Source: an uncultured Poribacteria bacterium (lineage in GTDB: Bacteria > Poribacteria > WGA-4E > WGA-3G). From it: a stretch of 64,000 nucleotides of DNA. Below, in pieces: positions 1 through 8,000 of this stretch. The notes under the pieces are model-generated. The model saw only the letters and a program-made list of their open reading frames with translations, did no database searches and was not told where the DNA came from. Numbering within the stretch: the stretch's first letter is position 1; each line of letters opens with the position of its first letter. The stretch covers positions 4,544,001 through 4,608,000 of the forward strand of contig CATQHZ020000001.1 in assembly GCA_958296135.2 (NCBI GenBank). Reading direction: 5' to 3'. The translations under genes were made by a program, and so were the position numbers.

Positions 1-1
1 C

Positions 2-367
2 GCCACACCTGGTGCAGGGAAGACAGGCGCGCACGGGTTAGAATGGCGCGACGATAAACTCTGGATGGCAGTGCCGCCCGCCGCGACGATTTACCAGGTC
101 AACGCCGACGACGATTTCGCGGTGATTCATACGCTCCCCGCGCCCGGCGACAGACCTCACGGTATCGCATGGGTAGGCGATGAACTCTGGTGCGTTGAAA
201 CGAACCATCGCGCTATCTTTCAACTCGAGCCAGCGGACGGCAGGCACCTGAACAAGATTGAGATTCCGGAACCGCACCCGGAACCGCACGGGATGACATA
301 TTGGGACGGCTATTTCTGGTACTGCGATGCGCATACAACCGCTGTCTGCCGAGTCGCATACCCGTAG
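2..367 (+). CDS. 5'-truncated beta-propeller repeat protein (glutaminyl cyclase/YncE/Vgb-like)
   Basis: The frame is open from base 2 (ATPGAGKTGAHGLEWRDDKLW...). It has repeated (P/A)HG-hydrophobic-x-W/Y blades (AHGLEW, PHGIAW, PHGMTY). Stop is TAG at 365-367. Confidence 0.6.
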   Translation, partial: ATPGAGKTGAHGLEWRDDKLWMAVPPAATIYQVNADDDFAVIHTLPAPGDRPHGIAWVGDELWCVETNHRAIFQLEPADGRHLNKIEIPEPHPEPHGMTYWDGYFWYCDAHTTAVCRVAYP

Positions 368-389
368 GGCGAGGGACAGGCCCCTCGCC
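364..389 (+). repeat. GTAG-type REP palindrome (family A)
   Basis: GTAG GGCGAGGG ACAGGC CCCTCGCC; the same family as dozens of copies elsewhere in the window. Confidence 0.8.
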
Positions 390-397
390 TCACATCG

Positions 398-1225
398 ATG
401 ATGAAAACAACTATCGGCCGACTTCTCAACATGGGCAAAAACTGCGCCGCTATGAACATGGCAATGGACGAGGCGATTTTGCTCTGGCAAAAAGAACAGC
501 CGCGTCCGACGTTGCGTTTTTACGATTGGGCGCGGCCGGCGTTCAGTTTCGGCTATTTTCAAGATATCGCTGCGGAAGTTGATGTGGCAGCCTGCCGTGC
601 AGATGGGATTGAATTGGTGAAACGGATGACAGGCGGCGGCACTGTGGTGCATGGATGGGAGCTTACCTATACCCTAACCCTCCCGCGCGATTCCAGACCG
701 GCGAATGCAGCGTTAAAAACCTCGCCTACGGGTACAGGAGAGATGGCTGTTTCGGAGGCGTATCAACAGATTGGGGAGTGCCTCGTGGCGGCGATAACGC
801 AACTTGGCATTCCCGCGCAACGGCACGGCGACGCGGCTGAGGTTTCCGATGCACCAAATATCTGCCTAACCCAACCTGCGAAACACGATGTGCTGCTCAA
901 CGGTAAGAAGGTAGCAGGCGTTTCGGTACGGCGCAATCGAAACGCGATGATGTTTCAAGGGTATATCTCGTTGGAGATGCCGCCGGATGCCATCCTAGCA
1001 CGCATATCAAAACGCCACGAAAGCCAGCAGATGGCGTGCGAAAAGTCAACGGCTATCAATGCAGAGGGACACGCAATAACGAGAAGCACGCTCATCCAAG
1101 CGATTTGTGAAACGTTGCAACTCGGAATTGCGTTTCCATCAGGAAAACTATTACCAATTGAACGTGAGCAGGCGGCGGTTCTAGCGAAAACCAAATATGT
1201 CACCGACGCGTGGAATTTTAGATGA
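398..1225 (+). CDS. Lipoate-protein ligase A/LipM family (BPL_LplA_LipB)
   Basis: Motifs NMAMDEAIL, PTLRFYDW, RMTGGGTVVH and KKVAG. Confidence 0.85.
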   Translation: MMKTTIGRLLNMGKNCAAMNMAMDEAILLWQKEQPRPTLRFYDWARPAFSFGYFQDIAAEVDVAACRADGIELVKRMTGGGTVVHGWELTYTLTLPRDSRPANAALKTSPTGTGEMAVSEAYQQIGECLVAAITQLGIPAQRHGDAAEVSDAPNICLTQPAKHDVLLNGKKVAGVSVRRNRNAMMFQGYISLEMPPDAILARISKRHESQQMACEKSTAINAEGHAITRSTLIQAICETLQLGIAFPSGKLLPIEREQAAVLAKTKYVTDAWNFR

Positions 1226-2265
1226 ACCAGAGTCAGACTGTCCTCATTCCGCCCGGCGGGTTTATCATGGGCACCGATATTGAGGCCTTTTACGGCACTG
1301 CCCTAGCGAATTCGGCGCATGCCAAACTGGATGAGGCACCGATGCACATCCGTTTTTTGGAGGCATATCGGATAGCGCAGTATCCGGTGACAAACGCCGA
1401 ATACGCCGCGTTTGTCAAAGCGACGCATCATCCGCCGCCCGCACATTGGAAAAACGGAATACACAGCCCGGACGCTGCCAAACTCCCAGTCGTCCAAGTC
1501 AGTTGGCATGACTGCAACACGTATGCACGGTGGGCAGGCAAGCGGTTGCCAACCGAGGCGGAATGGGAAAAGGCGTGCCGCGGTCCCGATGGACGGATTT
1601 ATCCGTGGGGCAATGCGTTCGCCGAATCACCCGAACTGACGCAGATTTTGACATCGCACCTCACACCCGTGGGCAGTCGTCCAACGACAGCAAGCCCTTA
1701 CGGAGTCCACGAAGCCGCGGGGAATGTGTGGGAATGGACAGCGGATTGGTATCAGCCGTATGCTGGCACAAAAACGGCGGCTGTGCCGAAACATAAAACG
1801 CTGCGGGGTGGTTCGTGGTTGGAAGTGCGCGATGGCACGGCGAAACGCTATTTTCGGTGCGCAAATCGGCTGCACGCGCCACCCGACTACACCGCAGGCA
1901 ACATCGGATTCCGATGTGTGCAGCCACTGCCGCCGGGACAGAACTACGCCGTCCATGTCCCGACAGCAGCACTCACGGATTATGTCAAGCAACACAAACA
2001 CCGCAATCTCACGCTGATTCAGAAACGGGCCCTCCGCAACAGCATCAAAGACAGCGGGATTGCGTTGCTCCTCATCGGCGGCGGCACTTATGCTTATATC
2101 GTGAGGCCGGATGTGGTGTTAGGTGCGGTAACAGCGGGAATTATTGGGCTCGGGTTCCTCTTCAGTGCAGGTGTGAATTTTTGGCGGCGATGGCGCGCGC
2201 AACAGAGGATAAACCAAGTCAACTCGGAACATTTCCTACTTGACAAAAATTCAGATTCACGGTAA
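1222..2265 (+). CDS. Formylglycine-generating enzyme (SUMF1) domain protein with two C-terminal TM helices
   Basis: Motifs PVTNAEY, RLPTEAEWEKACRG, GNVWEW, RGGSW and IGFRC, plus a hydrophobic C-terminus. ATGA overlap with the upstream gene. Confidence 0.85.
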   Translation: MNQSQTVLIPPGGFIMGTDIEAFYGTALANSAHAKLDEAPMHIRFLEAYRIAQYPVTNAEYAAFVKATHHPPPAHWKNGIHSPDAAKLPVVQVSWHDCNTYARWAGKRLPTEAEWEKACRGPDGRIYPWGNAFAESPELTQILTSHLTPVGSRPTTASPYGVHEAAGNVWEWTADWYQPYAGTKTAAVPKHKTLRGGSWLEVRDGTAKRYFRCANRLHAPPDYTAGNIGFRCVQPLPPGQNYAVHVPTAALTDYVKQHKHRNLTLIQKRALRNSIKDSGIALLLIGGGTYAYIVRPDVVLGAVTAGIIGLGFLFSAGVNFWRRWRAQQRINQVNSEHFLLDKNSDSR

Positions 2266-2268
2266 AAT
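2240..2268 (+). promoter_or_regulatory. sigma70-type promoter for phyH
   Basis: TTGACA-17 nt-TAAAAT, 40 nt upstream of the ATG. Confidence 0.6.
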
Positions 2269-2307
2269 CTTTGTAAACGCAAGGTTCGCTCTATACGGAG
2301 GAAAACG

Positions 2308-3156
2308 ATGAACCCGCTAAGTTTAGAGCACTGTTTAACCGATACGGAAAAACAGCAATTTGAAGAGAACGGCTTCTTGGCCGTTGAGGATGCCATCCCA
2401 CAGGAAATGGTTGAGCGGCTGCTCGCCGCGGTAGATAGGGTGGGCGCGGCGCATCTAGGCGCAGAAACACTCCCCGCCGATGCACACTTCAACCTCCTGG
2501 ATTTCGTCGGCAGGGACGAGGCGTTTATTGAATTGCTAGATTGGCACACGACGTTCCCGAAGGTGTGGGGCATTTTAGGCTGGAACATCAAACTTTACCA
2601 CTCGCACCTGATTGTCTTGCCGCCGCTGCCCCCGGAAGAACGCGATAAACCGAAACGCCTCGGCTGGCACCAAGATAGCGGCCGCCTGAACATCGAACTG
2701 GAAGGTAACCCGCGGCCGCGCGTCTCGCTGAAAGTAGCCTATTTCTTGACAGATACATCCGTGCCGGGACGCGGCAACTTCTCCGTGGTGCCCGGCAGTC
2801 AGAAGTGGAATAGCCTAGAAATGCCAATGGAAAAAACGGTCGACCCCGAGAACGCGACCGCTGTCTTCGCGAAGCCGGGAACCGCTGTCTTTTTCGACCG
2901 GCGGCTGTGGCACGCGGCGGGACGAAATACGTCTGACATCACGCGCAAGGTGCTTTTCTACGGCTATAGCTACCGCTGGCTGCAGCCGCGCGATAACATG
3001 ACGGTAGCGCATTTCATGGAACGTTCCGACCCGGTTCGCCAGCAGATTCTGGGCAAAAGCACCGGGGGCATGGGTTATACCTCACCCGGCGAGAAAGATG
3101 TGCCGCTCCGCGCATGGATACAAGAGCACCTCGGTGCAGAAGCAGTCGCGCGCTAA
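2308..3156 (+). CDS. Phytanoyl-CoA dioxygenase (PhyH) family 2OG-Fe(II) oxygenase
   Basis: Motifs FEENGFL, WHQD, VVPGS and LWHAA; GGAGG RBS. Confidence 0.85.
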   Translation: MNPLSLEHCLTDTEKQQFEENGFLAVEDAIPQEMVERLLAAVDRVGAAHLGAETLPADAHFNLLDFVGRDEAFIELLDWHTTFPKVWGILGWNIKLYHSHLIVLPPLPPEERDKPKRLGWHQDSGRLNIELEGNPRPRVSLKVAYFLTDTSVPGRGNFSVVPGSQKWNSLEMPMEKTVDPENATAVFAKPGTAVFFDRRLWHAAGRNTSDITRKVLFYGYSYRWLQPRDNMTVAHFMERSDPVRQQILGKSTGGMGYTSPGEKDVPLRAWIQEHLGAEAVAR

Positions 3157-3170
3157 CCAGAAATAACCCA

Positions 3171-3193
3171 GTAGGCGCGCTTTCAAAGCGCGC
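3171..3193 (+). repeat. GTAG-type REP palindrome (family D)
   Basis: GTAG GCGCGCTTT C AAAGCGCGC; a related copy is at 42352. Confidence 0.65.
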
Positions 3194-3372
3194 ACGAACG
3201 TCAGCATACGCGATCCGCGCCTACCAAGTCGTTCCGCGTAAACTGTCATGTCAGGAGGTAAAAATGGAGACGCAACAAACCTACACTGCTCATATTGAAC
3301 ACCACGGCGAGTGGTGGATTGGGTGGATACTGGAAGTCTCTGGCGTAACGTGTCAAGAACGGACACGAGAGG

Positions 3373-4955
3373 ACGTTCCTAGCTTCCGAAAATCGAGACA
3401 CATCGTGATAAAAGCGGATTTATCGTGATAAACGCCAACATAAGTGCTATACGAAGTGTGACTGTGTTGGGCTCGGTCGAGCGTGCAGTGTTATTCGGGA
3501 GACCGAATAACACCTCTTCGGCTCAGCAGATCGTGCAGTGTTTTTTGTAATAACAAAAAACACATCTTCGGAAACCGGTTTGGAAACCTTTGCAAACCTG
3601 CCTACACGAGCTGCAGCAGCGTGTATTCACGCTCGCCTACACGCCCGCCCGCCAATGATATCACCGCCAGCGCATTGCCCACCCTAGTGATATAGGCGAA
3701 ACACGGCACACGGGAAGATCTCATGAAAACGCATAATATTGCACTGCGCCCGACAACGGCACAGGTTCAACAATTTCATCAGCACGCGGGATTCCGCCGA
3801 TTTGTCTATAACTACGCTTTGTCCGATTTCAAAGCCGGCTTAACTGAAGGCGAATGGCGGAACGGCCGCATACTGCGCACTCGGTTTAACGCCGTAAAAG
3901 ACACGCAGTTTGAATGGCAGAAACCGCTCATCGCCCGCGTGGCATCACATGTCTTCGATGATTTTAACACGGCGTGTCAACGGTGGAAAAACAAGCTGTC
4001 CAAGTTTCCAAAGTATAAGCGGAAGTCGGGTAAACAATCGTTTCGCGTCGACAATAAACGCAATGCGATAAAATGTGAAGGTAAACGGCTTTACCTGCCG
4101 AAGATAGGCTGGGTGCGGACGTTTGAAGCGTTGCGGTTCAAAGGCGACGTGATGCGCGTAGTGATTAAGAAGCGAGGCCCTCGTTGGTTTGCATCGGTGC
4201 TCGTCGAAACCACGCCCCGAGCCAAACCCGATTTACGCGGGTTGCCTCCCGTGGGTATCGATGTCGGTATCAACACCCTCGCCACTTGCTCTGATGGACG
4301 CACCTTTGGAAACCCACGCGCCTTGGCCCATTATCAACGTCAACTCCGCCGTGCGCAACGCGCCCTAAGTCGTTCAGTCTATCGCAGTCAGAATTGGTGG
4401 AAGAAGAAGGAACGGGTTGTCCGTATCCACTATCGTATCGCTTGCATCCGCGAAGACGCGCATCACAAGGCCAGCACGGCGATTGTGAAAGGTGTCTCAG
4501 CAATCGGGATAGAATCTCTGAACGTGAAAGGCATGATGAAAAACCGTCGTCTTGCGAAGGCATTGTCGGACGCGGCACTCGGGGGATTTCTCTCCAAGTT
4601 GAAGACGAAAGCACAGGCACTTGGCGTGCATATTGAGGAAGCCTCTCAGTGGTTCGCTTCATCGAAGACCTGCAGTGCATGCGGACATAAAAAGGATACC
4701 CTCACGTTATCGGAACGTGACTATCACTGCAGCGACTGTGGATTGCGGATAGACCGCGATTTGAACGCTGCAAGGAATTTGGAACCCTCACCGCTGGTTT
4801 GACGGAGAGGTAAAACGCCTGTGGAGCTCGTGTCAGACCTCAATGTAAACGCATTTCAGTGTGTTTCGGAGGCAGTGAGTGTTGAAGCAGGAACTTTAGA
4901 AATCGGACAGACTCATACGGACTTGTCCAGATATGTCTCGATTTCAGGGAACAGG
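3373..4955 (+). mobile_element. Non-autonomous IS607-type element (tnpB only, no tnpA), 1583 bp
   Basis: AGG is present at both junctions (3370-3372 and 4953-4955) with no longer duplication. Removing the element restores hicB in frame. Short direct repeats lie near the left end. Confidence 0.75.
3723..4802 (+). CDS. tnpB: RNA-guided endonuclease TnpB
   Basis: N-terminal HTH (AGFRRFVYNYAL), RuvC-I GIDVG, RuvC-II IESLNV, zinc finger CSAC...CSDC and RuvC-III DRDLNAARN. The D-E-D triad is intact. Confidence 0.93.
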   Translation: MKTHNIALRPTTAQVQQFHQHAGFRRFVYNYALSDFKAGLTEGEWRNGRILRTRFNAVKDTQFEWQKPLIARVASHVFDDFNTACQRWKNKLSKFPKYKRKSGKQSFRVDNKRNAIKCEGKRLYLPKIGWVRTFEALRFKGDVMRVVIKKRGPRWFASVLVETTPRAKPDLRGLPPVGIDVGINTLATCSDGRTFGNPRALAHYQRQLRRAQRALSRSVYRSQNWWKKKERVVRIHYRIACIREDAHHKASTAIVKGVSAIGIESLNVKGMMKNRRLAKALSDAALGGFLSKLKTKAQALGVHIEEASQWFASSKTCSACGHKKDTLTLSERDYHCSDCGLRIDRDLNAARNLEPSPLV

Positions 4956-4975
4956 CATTGCTGGAAACGCTCAAA
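4790..4975 (+). ncRNA. Predicted TnpB omega/reRNA (right-end scaffold plus flank-derived guide)
   Basis: About 150 non-coding nt between the tnpB stop and the right end, containing GCCTGTGGA...AAGCAGGAA. This is the position expected for a TnpB guide RNA; boundaries are approximate. Confidence 0.6.
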
Positions 4976-5061
4976 ATCACGCTGCTTGAAATCTTAGCGT
5001 ATGACGCGGAGCAAGCACGTCAATCGGGTTGAGCCCACTGTTCCGGATAACGGCTGCAGTG

Positions 5062-8000
5062 CTACGGAGAAAGCGTCACCATTCCGTTCGCAGCAAGATG
5101 AAATGTCCCTTCTTGGATGAAGTTATCCAAGAGGGGACGCATCCGCTGCACCAGCGTCCTCCCTGTCGATTTGTAACCCAAGAGTTTACCGGCTTCGGTG
5201 ACGAGAGCATCCGGCGGCATGGCACCCTGTGCCTCAAGCACCCTTTTCATCGCTTCCGCGATTTCTTCATCGCATATCCACTCAATAGTGGGGTTTTCTC
5301 GTCGGCGCACCTGAAGCTCGCACGCCTCAACACGCCACAAGAAGTCGCCTCTGCGCAGCATTCGCCGATTTGCCTGCCGCTTCCGCTGCGCTTTCAAGAT
5401 GCCTGCCTCAATTGCATGCTTAATTCTCGCGCCAGCTCGCTTGACTCCCCACAGGGAACGAATTCGCAGGACCACGGCATCAACATGGACAGGGCCCTCA
5501 ACCGCTACTACCTGTTCCACCGCTATCGCAAGTTGGGAAGCGTCTTGCTCCGGTAACGTGCCGCGGATCGGGATGCCCAAGTCTGCGCATTCAACGTATG
5601 AAGTTGGTGCCGGTAGTGGCGGAGGCGGTGCCGGTCTGCTTTCCTCAGGCGGCGCCTCAGGGAGAATTTGAACGGGTTGTTCCGGAGGCGGTTCTTCAGG
5701 TATTGCGATTTTGGCGCGTTCTACCGCCGATAACAGCCGCTGTCCCGTTTCTGCACGATGACGGTACCAATCAGTAGACCAGATGCGATGAATCTTCCAT
5801 CCTAATCCCTCCAGCACTTGCTGCCGCAGCCTATCCCTATCTCGCGCCACAGGCGAACTGTGATACCGCGCGCCATCGCATTCAACGCCGAGAAGATACC
5901 GGCCCGGGGCACCCGGGTCTGTCACGGCAAGATCGATGCGGTAGCCCGCGCATCCCACCTGTTTGCTAACCGTGTAGCCGTGGTTCGTGAGGAATTCATA
6001 GACTGCGTCCTCAAACGGCGAATCAGTGTCGCCGCCTGTCGGCATCGCAGTTTGCAAGTTCCGATTTTCGGCATAATCCAAGAAGGTTTTCAGGGCCCGC
6101 ACGCCGAAAGGGGCACTCTCATCGATGTGCAGCTCGGCAGCACGGAAATTGGAGAAGACGACGCACCGCTCCCGCGAGCGCGTGATGAGCACGTTCAAAC
6201 GGCGGTGCCCACCTTCTTGGTTGAGCGGCCCGAAGTTGCGATGGAGCCGTCCTGTCCCATCCTTTCCGTAGCCGATGCTGAGGAAGATGGCATCGCGTTC
6301 GTCGCCCTGAATCGTCTCCAGATTCTTGACGAAGAAATGTTCGTCACGGGTACTGGCGAAGAAGGTCTCCATCTCTGGCTGCTGACGCAGCTGGCGCTCC
6401 ACCTCATCAAGAATCGCTTGTTGCTGTTTGCTACTGAAGGTGCCGACTCCGAGGCTTTTGTCCGGATAGTCCCGAAAATGCTGAAAAGCGGCTTGCACGA
6501 CAGCCTTCGCCTCTTCCCGATTGGCGGCGCTGCGTCCCCGGTCGTAAGTTGCATGCGGCAGATAGACAAACTTCAGTCCGAGGTGCTTCACATCTTCAAG
6601 CGGCGAAGGAAAGATGAGCAGGTTGTTGTCATAAAATTCTTGATTGGAAACGGCGATGAGCGACTCGTGCCGACTGCGATAGTGCCACTTTAACGCCTTC
6701 GTCGGAAACGCTATTTTGCAGAGGTGTAGAATGCTCTCCACATCAACGAGCGGGATGATGCCGTCTTCATCGTCCGTCTCGGTGTCGTCAACGATGCTGT
6801 CGAAAAAACGGGTGGGTGGCAGCTGGCGCGTATCGCCGATGACGACAGCTTGTTTGCCGCGTAACAGCGCGCCGAGCGCGTCCTCTGGCCGAATTTGACT
6901 CGCCTCGTCAAACACGATAACGTCAAAGTGGAGCAGACTCGGGTCGCAGAATTGCGCGACAGAGAGCGGGCTCATCATAAAGCACGGCTTGATTTTTTGG
7001 ATTAAGCCGCCGACGGTGGACAGCAGTTTTCGGATGGGCATGTGGCCGCGCTTGCGGTTAAATTGCCCTTGGAGAATGCCGACTTCGGAGTCGCGGGACG
7101 CGCCATCGATAAGCCGCGGGCGGTTTTGATGCAACCGAGCGACAAGCCGTTGTTGATTCAAGGTGAAGGAAGCACTGTCGTGCGCGCGAAAATCCGCAAT
7201 CTTTTTTTCGTGCAAGTCGCGGCTGAACCCTTGCAGCGGCAGGCGGCTCATGAACGCCTCGTGGAGGAGCGCGTCGGCGAGGTTCCCCTCAAAACAGGCA
7301 CCGAGGTCTGCAGGTTCAAGTGCCTCAATGTGTTCCAAAAGCGGCTTCGCAATCGTCTTTTCGCACGCTTTCCGCCGCATCATAAACTGTCCCCAAGCGG
7401 TAAGTTGCGAACGCGCGTGCCGCCACATGTCAAGCCGCACGCGGAGTTCCGTGAAGGAAAGGTTTTCCGCAGACTCTCCAAAGAGCCGCGTTGCATCGGT
7501 ACCGAGACGTTGAAAGAGCCGATTGCGCTGCGCCACGAACTCGTTTTCGGCGGCGGTAATTTGGGCGACAAGCGTCTCGATTTGCTTGCGCGAGATGCCT
7601 GCGTTAACGATGTCCACGGCATCTTCCCTCAAAGAGCCATCAAGCAGACAGCCGCGAAATTCAACAATCCATTCGGCAAATGCACGAAGTAAGTCTACGT
7701 CGCTATTTTCGCCGAGCCAGTGTTCGCCGAAGAGTGAGCGGCCAGCTTGTGTCAAGGCTTGCATCTCTTTTCGCAGCATGATGCAGTGCGCCAATTCCCC
7801 CAGGTCTGCAATAAGCACTGCCGGTTTTCGGGGTGCGGCTGCTTTGTAAAAACTTCGGAATTCACGGTTGATGAACCGGTAGCGGCTGTTCAAGAGGCGC
7901 AACCAACTAGCAGACAAGACTTTATACTCGTCAAGCAGACCGGCGACATCTTGTGTGAGCGCGGCTGGTGTAAACTTTGCGTTAGCCGCGGCAAGTGCAT

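Larger units (their letters stand above)
3264..5032 (+). pseudogene. hicB: HicB-family antitoxin gene split by an IS insertion (3264-3372 + 4956-5032)
   Basis: AGGAGG RBS. Joining the flanks restores a 61-aa frame, METQQTYTAHIEHHGEWWIGWILEVSGVTCQERTRE|ALLETLKITLLEILAYDAEQARQSG, typical of short HicB-like proteins. Confidence 0.8.

Noticed and set aside
3114-3428. 104-aa ORF as an intact gene
   Set aside because: It is the 5' half of hicB extended upstream and read into the IS left end.
3373-3722. Group I intron (IStron) in the left arm of the tnpB element
   Set aside because: There is no U at any possible 5' exon end within the AGG junction and no recognisable P7 catalytic core. An Infernal scan would settle it.
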